Assembly: GCA_024137785.1 (NCBI GenBank)
Contig: JAHRHZ010000282.1
Span: forward strand, 772,401 to 804,584
Length of the DNA stretch: 32,184 nt
Source: Ginglymostoma cirratum
Taxonomy: Eukaryota
Reading direction: 5' to 3'
In this document: one piece after another, positions 1 to 11,883 of the stretch
How positions within the stretch are numbered: position 1 is the first letter of the stretch
Layout: every line of letters starts with the position of its first letter
Made by a program: the position numbers and the translations under genes
Notes under the pieces: generated by a model
Databases searched by the model: none
What the model saw: only the letters and a program-made list of their open reading frames with translations
Told to the model about the DNA's origin: nothing

Positions 1-9
1 CAGTGGTTA

Positions 10-1630
10 CATAGAACATAGAACAGTACAACACAGGACAGGCTCTTCGGCCCACGATGTAGTGCTGACCTATTATCTTACTCTAAGATCTAACTGTGGT
101 GCATACTCTACATTTTACTATCCTCCATGTGCCTACCCAAGAGTCGCTTAAATGTCCCTAATATATCTGACTCCATTACCACCACCGGCAGTGCATTGCA
201 AGCACTCACCAATCTGTGTAAAGAACCTACCTCAGGCATCTCCCCTGAACTTTCTTCCAATCACTTTAAAATTATGTCCCCTCGTAATCGTCATTTCCAC
301 CCTGGGGAAACGTCTGTGGGTATCCACTCAATCTATGCCTCTCCTCATCCAATACACCTCTATCAAGCCACCTCTCATCATCCTTTGCTCCAATGAGAAA
401 ATCCCTAGCTCCCTCAATCTTTCGTCACATGACCTGCCCTCCAGTCCAGGCAGCATTCTGGTAAATCTCCTGTACACCCCCTCTGAAGCTTCCACATCCT
501 TCCAATAATGAGGCGACTAGAACTGAACACAATATTCCAAGTGTAGTCTCACCAGGGATATATATAGAGCTGCAGCATAGCCTCATGGCTCTTAAACTCA
601 ATTCCCCTGCCGATGAAAGCCATCATACCATGCACATTCTTAACAAGCCTATCAACTTGGGTAGCAACTTTGAGGGAAATATGGACATGGACCCTAAGAT
701 CCCTCTGTTCCTCCACACTGCCAAGAATCCTACCATTAACCCTGTATTCTGCATTCAAAATGAATCCAAAATGACCTTCCAAAATGAATCACTTCACACT
801 TTACCGGTTTGAATTCCATCTGCAACTTCTTTGCCCAGCGCTGCATCCTGTCAATGTCCTGACGCAACTTACAACAGCCCTCCACACCCATCCACAACTC
901 CACCAACGTTTGTTTCATCGACAAACTTATTAACACACACTTCTACTTCCTCATCCAAGTCGTTTATAAAGATCACAAAGAGCAGGGATCCCAGAACAGA
1001 TTCCTGCGGAACACAAATGTTCACTGAGTCCCAGGCTGAAGACTTTCTATCTACTACCACCCTCTGAGCTTCTAGAGGACAGACAGTTCTGTATCTAGAC
1101 AGCCAAATTTCCCTGAATCTCATGCCTCCAAACTTTCTGAATGAGCCTACCATGGAGAACCTTATCAAATGCTTTGTGAAAATCCATATACACCATATCC
1201 ACTGCTCAACATTCCTCAAGGTGTTTTGTCACACCCTCAAAGAATTCAATAAGGATTGTCGGCATGACGGGCCCCTCACAAAGCCATGCTCATTATTTCT
1301 AATCAAACTGTGCTTTTCCAAGTAATCATAAATACTATCTTTCAGAATTCACTCCAATAATTTGCCCACCCAGAAGTAAGACTGGCTGGTCTGTAATTTC
1401 AATGATTATCCCAATTCCCTTTCTTGAACAAGGGAATAACATTTGCCACCCTGCAATCATCTGGTACTGCTCCAGTGGACCGTGAGGACGCAAAGATCAT
1501 CGCCAAAGACACGGCAATCCCTTCCCTCGCTTGCCATGTAACATTGGTCATATATTGCCTGGCCTAGTGGGCTTATCCATCTTCTATTTTTTCAAAATTT
1601 GTAGCACATCCTCCATCCTAACATCAACCT
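10..1630 (-). mobile_element. CR1-clade non-LTR retrotransposon, 5'-truncated, degenerate ORF2 (reverse transcriptase) plus 3' tail
   Basis: Minus-strand ORF pieces encode RT motifs (VPQESVLGSLLFVIFINDLD, KFVDET, MEFKPVKCEVIHFG). The 3' tail (TTCTATG)n reads catagaacatagaa at ~10-23. Multiple stops and frameshifts. Confidence 0.93.
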
Positions 1631-2654
1631 TGTTCACATTCACTACCTATCCTCTTATTAGCGCTGAATTCTCCATGAATTATCCCCTTTCAGACATTAC
1701 CCAGTTCCCCTCTGGTGGCACTAACTTAAGAAATACAATCATGGACGAGATTCTGGAGTTTCGTCAGGGCCTGCGCACACTGTGCCTCAGTCAATGGTAT
1801 CAGTAATTGGGCATTTCATTCTTAAAAGGATTTTGGAATACAAATTCTTACTTTAGAACATGATGTTACCCTTTTTTTTCTTTAAATAAAACGTTCAAAC
1901 TGACCCAAACCACCCTAATTTATATCAGAGTGTATCTACAATCTCATTCCCCTTGCTATACAACGTGTTACAGAGAACGCGACAGGAAAGAGGGAAAGGT
2001 TTGCTGCAGCTATACAAAGTCCTGTTCAGTATACAGCAATAGGGCGGGGTAAAGACTGTTTTTCTGCACTGTTGATGATGAACTCCTGTTAATGGGAACT
2101 GTCCACACCTCATCCTGGAAGTTTTGAAAAACCTCCCGTCGTTCTCTTCCCAAGGACAGTGAACAAATGAACAGCTAATGGAGTAAAAAGTATCGGTGCC
2201 GCACTGTCTGTTCTCTCTGACTGCACATGCCAAATTCTGAAGATTAGGGATCGTTTAATATACTTCTGTCAGGCAGAAAGAAGAGTAAAGACCATCAGGT
2301 AGAACCAGAACAACATTTTAGACACAAATGCTATTCGAATTGTGGCTCATAATTCGGTTACAATAACAGGAAGAGTTGCTTTTCTATAATTGTTTGTCCA
2401 GAAACGACAGATTTCATTGTTATAAGACAAGGGATCTTAGATCGATCTGGGGAAATGGGGTATCAGTATCAGTTCTGTAGTTACTTTACCCACTAGTGTA
2501 ACCTAGGTGGAGTCACTGAGAAGTGTCCAGGCAGTCAGATTAACCGAATTCTAGAGGACCCATTGACCTACAATAAACCATATCCAACCGAAATCCAGAG
2601 CTTCTGGATTACAATACCATCTCTAACTTTCCCTGTTATTCAGTCACCTTCCTG

Positions 2655-2845
2655 ACTTTGAACAGTATATATTCCTTCATTGCCGCTGGCTCAAAATCTT
2701 GGAACTGTCTTGCTGACAGCATTGTGGCTGTCCTTGCATCCCAACCATTCAACTGTTCAGGAAGTAGATCATCGTCGCCTTCTCTAAGGAAAACTGGGGT
2801 TACAACAGGAGATGGCTTCTCTCAAACGTCACCAGAGGAATAAAA
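2655..2845 (+). mobile_element. 3' end of a second LINE family, degenerate
   Basis: The motif ttccttcattgccgctggctcaaaatcttggaactg...cagcattgtgg is recognised as the 3' end of a shark LINE. Related reverse-strand pieces occur at ~7620 and ~19780. Confidence 0.5.
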
Positions 2846-3540
2846 GGAATCCGTTGGTATTTGTGAAATTTACATATCCAGATATGAACCACTGTCAAGA
2901 AATCAACAAACGTAGGTCGTCGGTGAAGAATATTCAATTCTAGATAGCCCAACAGCAGGGACCACTTGTCATTGAGACTTTCAATGGTGGCTCTGACTCA
3001 TTAATCAGCCGCTACTGGACATATTCATTTCGTTCTTGCTCTTCCAACGTGAGTTACATCCCACTTTCTGGTTGATATTTTAAAGCAAGTTTACATTATC
3101 CTGAACCAGTGAATCTATCATTCGCCATTCTGGAACTGTTGACATGCAGCTGCTAGGGCAGTATTGAATAACACAGAAAATGCTTGACGTTATTCAGGTT
3201 GCTCTAGTAGTTCGTTATTAGAATCATGCGACAGATTATTGTTTCTTGAACAAGATCTAAATCTTTCATTGAACGTAATTGGTTGCTGCATTTTCTACAT
3301 TATTTCATCGCTTAAAATGTGGAACATTTTGAGTTAGTTCAAAAGTCACGAAATAAATTATTTGCTTTGCATTCACTGAACTAACAGGTTCAGTTTAATT
3401 CAACAATATGTTTAAAACGAATAAAGATATGTATTCGAATGAAAAATATCGGATATCATTGTGAATTCGGGAAGCGCATCAGATCCACTTCTGATCTCAT
3501 TGCCTGCCTGACACGCTGTCATGTTCAGTGACACTCTGAC

Positions 3541-3571
3541 AGTTTTTATACAGGGGCAACCCAATTTTGTG
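3541..3571 (-). other. Damaged recombination signal sequence (about 8 nt short of a 23-RSS)
   Basis: CACAAAATTGGGTTGCCCCTGT + ATAAAAACT. Heptamer start to nonamer is 22 nt instead of 30. Confidence 0.6.
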
Positions 3572-3868
3572 GCTCAGTACGCAGTGACACACTGTACGGT
3601 CTGTCATCTTGTTGTCACCCCTTTCAACTTGATAGTGCTGTTAACAAACACTGAGGAAATTCTGTCTCTGGAAATCTCTCTATGTTCCCGATGTATTGGC
3701 TTCTCCATGTCAGAAAATCCATGGAGTCACTAGAATTTTGACGGTACCAGAATGTTGAGGATCGCTGCTTGATCGAGTGTAAATACAGAACAACTGGATA
3801 TCATCCCCCATCCCAATCCAGTGCGATTGATGCTCGTCTCTGTGAGACAGAATCTCCTTGACAAAGTC
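3572..3868 (-). pseudogene. TCR V (alpha/delta-like) pseudogene
   Basis: Manual minus-strand translation across frameshifts: GLCQG-DSVSQRRASIAL/GDDIQLFCIYTRSSSDPQ/FWYRQNSSDSMDFLTWRSQY/RDRISSVFVNSTIKL/TDRTVCHCVLS. It is followed by CAC and a nonamer ATAAAAACT (3541-3549) with a shortened heptamer/spacer. Confidence 0.85.
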
Positions 3869-4374
3869 CAGCAAGACCCAGGAGAATCAGGAAATTACGG
3901 AAAATGCTCCATTACTCTTTTTGCCCAGACTCATCCTATCACCTTGAACTATAATCTGAGAAATAAGTCAGAGAAGATAAACAAAACTCCATTTCATCCA
4001 ACTCAGCGGCTGTAACGGGAAAGGGCTTGACAGATTAAATATAATGTTCTTTAATAAACAGATCACACCTTCTAACGAGGACATTTTCCATTTCAACTGA
4101 AGTTTGAGAGGAAAATTGCAAACGGCCCGTGAGTTTAAAACTGTCGCCTCTGCCAAATCATCTCAATGGATTCAGCCCTGTTTGATTTCTCAGCCTAAGT
4201 CTTCCATTATCATTCACTTGAACACAGTGCTGGGTATTAGGACAAGTTTGGCTCCAGATGATTGTTCTAATTCGGAGAGAATGCATTGCTGACTCTGTTT
4301 TGGTGGAACTGCTTGTGTAAATGTAATTGCAACTGATGATCTGAAACCACGAGTTCCGCAAGTTATCAACTCAC

Positions 4375-4426
4375 CAGTTAGAACACCTGCAGATGTGAGG
4401 AATAAACACAGTGCTCCATGCAACAT
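4375..4426 (-). pseudogene. Antigen-receptor leader exon (L-PART1), possibly belonging to the V pseudogene at 3572-3868
   Basis: ATG..MLHGALCLFLTSAGVLT + G|GTGAGT: 52 nt, phase-1 donor, hydrophobic. It would join in frame to GA-CTT-TGT-CAA-GGA at 3868. Confidence 0.6.
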
Positions 4427-5827
4427 TGTTGCACAGAGATCGCAGTGAGTGAGAGCAGAACTCGTTGAAGCTGAATTTGTTTTAGTCAAGAATCGGAAAG
4501 GGGTTAAGTAATTTCTGTATCTCTGCCAATTGCTTCATTGTTGACATAGACATCAGGCGACAGCCAATGATGTTTGAACGCCTTTGTTCTTCAATTCAAT
4601 CAATCAAGTTCCATTGACCTCCACTTCATATGGCCAGGACAGAAAGGAGCACAATGAATTTATTCACCATACCACGGGGTTTTAGACAAACATCAAACAA
4701 ATTTTGACATTTAATAGTTTTATTTGTCTGTAGCTAAAATCAGAGAAGAAACACAGTTCATGTTCGAGTATCAAAACTGGAGCTCCCCAGATAACAGAGC
4801 TGGCCTCTAATTTTGACAGCTCCACTCAGTACATGCAGACGGTCAGTAGGGGTGAGAGGTTTGGGCACAATGACGAGGTCAGTAAACAACCAGAATTTCA
4901 ATTACTTAAACTGTAGACGGGAATGTCGTTTTGCTGCATTTTCTGGTAAGATTCATAGCAACCGACGTTTCTCTAATTTTGCTTTCTGCCATGCAAATGT
5001 AACTACAGTATCTATACTAGATACTTTGCAGCATCTGAAAAAAACGGTTCACTGCCACAGTTTCATTGAGTATTACAACTGGATGCCAGAATTTCCTGCG
5101 ACACCCAAATTCCACAAATGAAAATTTTAAGGAAGACGTTATTGTGCAGTTTTTCTCAAAGTTTGAATGGGAATGGTGAGACAGCAGAGATATGCATTAA
5201 CACGAATCCTGAAAGAAAAGAATTACTTTGTGAAGTTTATGAATGGCACAAAAATAAATGGGAAGGCAAGTGGTGAGCATGACACAAAAAGGCTGCAAGA
5301 GTTGATGTGAGTGGGACTATAGCATCCACTGGCAGGATATCTAGTAACGTTACACCACAAGGAAATGAACAACTCGGTGAATGGGATGACATCCAATTAT
5401 CAGCTTTTAGGAAACGTTTTTGACACAATTGGATTTTCTAACTATTATGGAAATGTGAATTGTGTTAAAAGAAATGCCACTTTACTTCCTTTATGGTTGA
5501 CTTATGATTTAATCTGAATTAATATTTTACCTCTTTGCATCACGCTCGTATTTTGCACTTGCTTCCATTTTTCTTTCAATAGTTTCTCGCCATTCAGTCC
5601 TCTACAGGTATTGTCACTTTATTTCTGCTTTTTCTCTATACTTTTCTTTCACTGATATTAGTACATGTATACTCTTACTTTATCTTCGCCCAGATTTCTA
5701 ATTCTCTTCACTTATAATACACTTTACATATTTTTTGTCTTTATTCCCGTTAATATTGAATTATAGAGACCTAAATTAGTAAGTTTGATACTTCAAATTC
5801 AACATCGTTTCCCTCCCAGTCGGTGGA

Positions 5828-5866
5828 GGTTTTAGTATAGCCTCTCCCTCTATTTGTAACACTGTG
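5828..5866 (-). other. 23-bp-spacer recombination signal sequence
   Basis: CACAGTG (5866-5860) + 23 nt + ACTAAAACC (5836-5828), directly after ...YLCAADG. Confidence 0.95.
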
Positions 5867-6201
5867 CCATCAGCAGCACAGAGATAGGTGGCAGTGTCGT
5901 TCAGTCTGGCGTCTGTCACCCTTAGGGCACTGTGTTTGTAGTCTGCACTGATTGAAGCGGTGATCCTCTCGCCTTGATCAGTTTCTGTCTTCGCCGTCAC
6001 CAGATGCTGGGGTGGATGATTCGCGAGTTGTCGGTACCAAAGCACCACGGTAAATCTTGTGGTTGTAGAGCAGTTCATGGAAGCGATTCCTGTTTCGCTA
6101 ACAATTGTCCACTGGGGAAGTTGCATTACTTCATCTTCTCCGGTCACTTCTGTGTAGATCAGAGTGGCAAGCAACAAAAGAAATCTGTAAATTTGAGACA
6201 T
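5867..6201 (-). CDS. T-cell receptor V gene segment (TRAV/TRDV-like), intact ORF, signal peptide apparently contiguous with the V exon
   Basis: MSQIYRFLLLLATLIYTEVTG-EDEVMQLP...MNC...LWYRQ...ERITAS...SALRVTDARLNDTATYLCAAD. Conserved Cys23, Trp41, D-x-A-x-Y-x-C104, short CDR2 region and a near-consensus 23-RSS. Confidence 0.93.
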
Positions 6202-6841
6202 TGGCAACTTACACGAAAAGTAAGATTCATGGAATTCCGTTGAGAAACACGAGTTAATAGTTACAAAAACGCTCCCTTCAAGTCTAATTCCGAGCCGCCT
6301 TCTTTCAAAGTTATGAAAGAAACTGTGTCTTGGTGTTTCTCTTTTAGTACCAAGCCTTCACACCAACAGCTGCTCACACAGTCTGTAGTGTCGCTCTCCC
6401 CTCACTTTCAACTTATAGCCCAGATTCACAGTGCCCTCCAGTGGCGACTTCTGGAAATTGCGATGTAAATTTTCTCACCGCAAATTGAGTTCACTGGATC
6501 GTGCTCAATCAAAACAGATATATCTCCCCTCCTGGAATAGCATTGATATCCGAGGATACTCTACACTTCCTCCTTCAACTGCGGCACCCAATGATTTCAG
6601 GGAATTTACTTCACACATTGTACTGAAACTTTATTCTGTACACTGATAAGCCTCAGTGTAACAAGAGAACTGTCTCAGCATTAATCCTAAAATCTTCGTT
6701 TGTGATTGAAAGTTATGTGTTTCCTCAGAGTCGTGCGATCTGAACATTCATTTCCATTGTGTGCACAATGCAAACAGGAAACACGAAGAGCAAACTTGGT
6801 AACTCGTTATCATATAACCGTCAACCAGATTTTTTCTGAAA

Positions 6842-6878
6842 TCTCTCTCTCCCTCTCTTTCTCTCTCTCTCTCACACA

Positions 6879-6919
<41 letters not shown>
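6842..6919. repeat. Compound (CT)n(CA)n microsatellite
   Basis: Directly visible. Confidence 0.97.
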
Positions 6920-6921
<2 letters not shown>

Positions 6922-7214
6922 ATGAATGCACACCTTCAGCTATCATTGTCTGATGGATTGGCTCCCAAACCACACAAACATCTTCCAAAATTTCCCTTTA
7001 CTAGAAGATGCAATGTATTCATTAAACTGCTGCTTGCAAAGAAATTGAATTTGACAAAAGTGGAGCAATCGGGAAATCGATTGATAGCTTGCACCTGAAA
7101 GGGGCCAGAATACTTGCGAAAAGTTCACAGAATCCCTGTTTTGCCTGGCTTTTGGATCCAAATTAACAGAAAGCACGGACCAGGTTTCTGTATGTAACAT
7201 GGATTAGTGATCAG

Positions 7215-7318
7215 TTCTCAGGAAGGGTCACCAGAGCCGAAATATTAACTCTGATTTTTTTTCTTCACAGATGCTGCCAGACCTGCTGAGCTTTACCAGC
7301 AACTTCGGTTTTTGTTCA
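7215..7318 (+). repeat. Dispersed repeat (acagatgctgccagacctgctgag family), single arm
   Basis: Near reverse complement of 25071-25165. The same core occurs at 28853-29075, and related sequence at 25300-25420 and 32105-32184. Family not assigned. Confidence 0.75.
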
Positions 7319-7619
7319 TGAATTAGTAATTATTGTGAACGAATAGATTCCAGATGCAGATAAACAATTATGAACTGATGATATATAAGTTGATCAGTTG
7401 AAACTGATCAATGCAATGAACCACTCTCACCCTGTTATTCTTGGGTACAGATGGAGCAAGCTGTCAATTTTAAAGGTGTTGCGCATCTCTGTCCTTCCTC
7501 TGACTTAATCCCGAACGATTTTCACACCGTATCTGTGCAGTGGCGTCGAGCCGCCAGCAAAGAATGGCATTATATCAATTTCAGCGCGGAGAAATAGGGA
7601 GAGAAACTTCAAACAATCC

Positions 7620-7960
7620 TTACTTCCTGGGAGAAGGTGGTGGTCAGCTACCTTCTTGACATCGACATCCTTTGGTGTGTTGGTGCACCCACATTGTAGT
7701 TAGGAAAAGAGTTTCGGGGCCTTGACCATCTGATAGTGAAAGAATGTCACTACGGAGGATGCCCTAGGAGTAAGTTGCAATAAGTGGTGTTTCCATGCAT
7801 CTACTGTCATTGTCTTTCTCAGTGGTGGTCGGCGTGAAAAGGTTCCGTTGCAGGACATTTGGTGAGTCATGGCAGTGCATCTTGTGGCCACACCACTGTA
7901 TTTGTGCATCAGTGATGAGGTAGTAAACGTTGAAGCTGATGATTTGGGTGACAACCCAGC
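7620..7960 (-). mobile_element. LINE 3' fragment, degenerate
   Basis: gagaaggtggtggtcagctaccttcttga... resembles the reverse complement of the 2655-2845 family and 19780-19900. Confidence 0.55.
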
Positions 7961-9254
7961 AGATTTTTGTATGTTCTACTTTTCATTTATGTAAGCGATC
8001 TTTACAGTCCACCTTTATGATTCCTCTGAATATCCATGCATCTTCTATTTTCCTGTTTAACACGGTTCTTGACTATCTTTGTTGAATTCTGAATCACCCT
8101 CAATCTTTTGGCTTAACACTTTCCCTTGCAGCCTTACAAGCTATTTTTAATCTAATGTAATCTTTCAGTACTTCTGTCAGCCGTAATTGATTAATTTTCC
8201 AGCTGTATATTTCTGTTTCCGTGTAATGAATAATCATACATGCAACCATTCGCTGCTACTTGTCTACTTTCAAATCATTTTCCTATTTTGGCAAGCCATC
8301 ACAGCCGATCTGCCACTCCAATCTTCATAATTTCCATTGTTTAGATTTCAGACCCTAATCCCAGAATAAACTATGCCACTTTGAAACTTGATTAAAAATC
8401 CCAGTCTTATAGTCCTATTCTACAAAACTTCTTCACAGCAAGCTTATTAATTGCTTTACAAAAGGCTTTAGATTATTTGGTCCTTCAATGTTCTGCTTCA
8501 GAAATGTTCAGTACAAACTCAAGAAATGCATCCCGCCATGCATTCGTCGAAGGATGTCCAGTGATGATGGGTAATTGCATCCCGTGCCGCAGAGCTCACG
8601 TTTCCATGGTTTCTCCATGGTGATATCTTCTTTGTACCTCTTCAAGAGGGGTGACCACTTGAAGCCTTAACTACATACAGATTGAGCACAGTATCTCCCT
8701 TCTGTGAATGCTTTGTCAATCTTCTTGAGTAGTTAAAATTATCTTCACAGGAAGATTGTGATCTGTTTCATAATATAAAACGCAACTGCGGATGCTGGGG
8801 ATCTGAAACACATAGAAGTATATGTTTGTCACCTATTCCTGACTGAAGGCAAAGACAAAAGTTTATGTTTCCAGTTTCCAAATGGCATTTGATAATTCTC
8901 CAACATTTGAACCTGTTTGAGTTACCATACTAACGTAATGACAAAATTACATTTAAATATAACAAATAAAATCTGTACTAAAAGTGCAGATGGAGGTAGA
9001 TTCACTCCTAGATAAAGATGGACTTGCATTGTTTCCAATAATTGCGTCTTGCCCTGCTTTCTGCTTCCGATGCACTTTCCTTTGAAATATGCATCATCCA
9101 AACTGGCGAGTAAAAATGAGTTGGAATGCATTACCTGAAAGGATGTTGGAAATAATTTCCATCAGAGCTTTCAAAAGGAAATGAGAAGTAAAGTTGAAAC
9201 GTAAAGCTTTGGGGAAATATCATAAACGTGGGACCTGACAGCCTGCTCGTATTA

Positions 9255-9862
9255 TCGCTAGATGATTAATCCATAGAGTGAGTTAATGCTCTGGGATCCT
9301 GGATTTGAATGATGCTGAAGTGGATGGTGGAGTTTGAATTGAACACAATAAAACATGTGGAATTAAGAATCTCATTGTCGATTGATGTGAAACCCTATCT
9401 GGCTCACTAATGTCCTTCAGGGAAGGAAATCTTCTATTTTCATCTGGTCTGCTCCACATGTGACACCACGCCCACATCAATGGCCGACCAAGCCTCTCAA
9501 TTGTATCAATCTCTCTGAAGTCTCAACAAAGAAATGAAATTGGACGGACCACCTGGCATCGACCTAGCCACAGGAATGATAAACTGCAGAAACAGTCTTG
9601 TGGACCCTGCAAAGTTGTCCTTACAAACATCAGGAAAAGTAGTGCCAAATTTTGGAGAACTGTCTCAGAGACTAGCCAAGCAAAAGCCTTACATACTCAT
9701 ACCTATGGAATCAAATCTGACTGACAAGACCACAGACACAACGTCACCATCTCTGGATATGTCCCATCCCACCCGCAGACAGACCCAGCAGAGCTGGCGA
9801 CACAGTGGAGTCCTCATCATTATCTCTGGATCTTATGAAGTGTCATGGCTTCAGGTTAAACG
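9255..9862 (+). mobile_element. 5' part of a LINE with SINE-like 5' region and AP-endonuclease remnant
   Basis: SINE-like block (ctggctcactaatgtccttcagggaaggaaat) followed by ORF remnant VPNFGELSQRLAKQKPYILIPMESNLTD, a degenerate endonuclease motif (PDIxxxTE-like). Confidence 0.7.
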
Positions 9863-9949
9863 TCCTAGTAAATCTTCTGGAGATTAGACTTCTGTCCTCC
9901 CTTGAGAGATGAATTAATAATCCTCCATATTGTCTTTCTGTCTTTTCGT

Positions 9950-10000
9950 GTATGTGTCTGGTTCTGTGTTTGTGTGTGTATCTGTGTGTATGTGTATGTC
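9950..10000. repeat. Imperfect (GT)n microsatellite
   Basis: Directly visible. Confidence 0.8.
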
Positions 10001-10180
10001 TGATTCTCAGTCGCTTTTGTCACTGCGCCAAAGAGCTTTTCAGAAGCCGTTCTGCCGGCCACAGGAGGTCGCTCTCTGGACATTTCCCTTCTGACTTAAA
10101 GTCGTTGCTTGAAGAAATAAAAATGGGCGGGGTGATGAAACCCGCAGCGATTGCATAACATCCAGATCAGGTACAGACAG

Positions 10181-10445
10181 TCATAACTATCTCCGCCTGA
10201 CTGTTGTTATTCTCCTGGTCACAAGTAAGTCGTACAGAACATCCAAACTAAACACTCAATTATTTACCAGTGTCATCTGCAGGGGGATACTTCTTTCTCA
10301 TCCTCTCTTTAACCCGCTTTACATCCACTGTTTAATTTCAGAGGTGAGTAATGGACACTCAATGACCCAGTCAGAAGTAATAAAGGACGAATATTCGGCA
10401 ATACCCTGTACTTACTCGGTTTTTGCTGCAGCTACTAGCTATGAC
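10181..10445 (+). pseudogene. TCR V pseudogene, 5' half (leader exon without ATG, intron, FR1-CDR1)
   Basis: HNYLRLTVVILLVT+A|GTAAGT (donor 10225); acceptor tttaatttcag| at 10341; exon KVSNGHSMTQSEVIKDEYSAIPCTYSVFAAATSY, then cut by CR1. Confidence 0.75.
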
Positions 10446-10447
10446 AA

Positions 10448-10724
10448 TGCATACAGTTATGGTCACCACTCCAGCAAAAGGATGTAAACGTTTTGGAGAA
10501 GGTACAGAGAAAGAGTGATGAGTGCCTGGAAAGCATTGACAGAGGGGTTGGCGGAAGCAGACAAAATAGCTGCATTCAAGAAGCACCTGGACGATACATG
10601 AATAGGAATGGAATAGAGGGATATTAACCCTATAATTTAAGACAGTTTTGGTCTGGAAGGTCAAAATGTAGCGGCGCAGGCTTGGAGGTCCGAAGTTCTG
10701 TGCTGTATCATTCTTTGTTCTTTG
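10448..10724 (+). mobile_element. CR1 3' fragment with internal deletion
   Basis: Degenerate QFWSPH..KDV..LERVQ-coding DNA, then CR1 3' end, finishing in tgtgctgtatcattctttgttctttg. Confidence 0.75.
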
Positions 10725-10930
10725 AACTGCAATGACACAGCACAATCCATTTTCCAATGCTCTTCTGGTGCATTCAGCATGCCGAGGAAGCTCAGGGATA
10801 TCTATTGAGAAGGTTCGACAAGAAACAAAGAGATAAGTTGCCAGATTTCTCCGACAGATTTTCTGCGACCTGGGACAGTGAAAAGTAAAATGTTCCTTTA
10901 AATATTGCCGCTGCTCTTGTCTCTGATTGA
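10725..10930 (+). pseudogene. TCR V pseudogene, Cys23-FR3 portion of a different V gene
   Basis: NCNDTAQSI/PMLFWCIQHAEEAQGYLLRRFDKKQRDKLPDFSDRFSATWDSEK*NVPLNIAAALVSD*. YYC and RSS are absent. Confidence 0.85.
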
Positions 10931-11883
10931 CTAATTGATTTATTTAATGTCATGTGTACTGAAATACGGTGAAAATCTACGAGCGGTATAGGCAGGTCAG
11001 AGTAAACAAAGGATGTACAGATCAAAAAGACTTCGGCAAAGGCATAGAGGCTACATTAAACAGGGCGTGCGTTAGGTGAGATCAGCATCAGTAAGATCAG
11101 CTCAGCGTTGTGCTCCAGCCAGTGAGGGAGGTGCACACAACAGAACATGAAACAACAACTTCAGAACCCCGTGCAATACGCAATAAAATGAAAACTGAAT
11201 CTTGACTTACATCAAGCCCTGTATGATGTGTTTAGATGTCCAAAAGCAATTCCATCATTCTTCCTGGCATATTTCAATTCGATTGTTGCCCTCGGTCTGG
11301 TTTCTGATCATCCATTAACATGTCAGAAGCCTACAGCTATTCCTCTATTACAGATTATTGTTGTATTGGTCTTTGTTCATTAGCTTCTAATTCTGTCTTG
11401 ATAACAATGAGGTTGCACTTGTTAACATTGAAGATGCTTGGTATTAATATGTGTCAGTATCTTTAACATTGAAGAATCTGTAATCAGGTTGCTACAATTG
11501 TTTGGACTTTCATTCGACAGGCTTTGGTGCCCACTGCAAATTGATATTTTGTGTCAAAATTATTTGTTCCTTTGAATGAGATATTTCGGGAACGGCTGGA
11601 CTGGGAAATACTTCATTCCAAGCCACTTCAAGTTTTGCATTCTTCATCGTAGTCGCCTCTTTCCAGCGATTCTCAAATAAACAGCAACCTCCCTCACACA
11701 GTGTCAGTATCAGCAATTGATGTGAATGATTTTAAATGATATTTATGTGGACTATGCTCTGAGTATGCCCTCACAAGAATATACTGAATTATCAGTGAGT
11801 GGCCCGCTGTTATGCACAGCCCTCAACAGGTAGCAGCTGTGATCCAGAAACCAGTGGCAACGATTGCCATTGCTCGCTCCCAA

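Noticed and set aside
127-1325. Multiple short ORFs on both strands (also 21005-23424, 6706-7098, 17691-17965)
   Set aside because: Fragments or antisense frames of CR1 ORF2, or microsatellite-driven ORFs. Not host genes.
1998-2316. Possible V relic on the minus strand (MLFWFYLMVFTLLSA*, EENDGRF, YC, nonamer-like CAGCAAACC)
   Set aside because: No Cys23 or WYxQ, no heptamer at the right spacing, and too short. Cannot be distinguished from chance by eye.
4125-4250. J-like FGRG (TTT GGC AGA GGC) on the minus strand downstream of a CACTGTG
   Set aside because: About 65 nt from the heptamer, poor nonamer and no splice donor. Not a credible J segment.
11697-11740. Isolated CACAGTG heptamer (others at ~4223, ~4407 and ~6427)
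   Set aside because: No nonamer at 12 or 23 spacing and no preceding YxC. Expected by chance.
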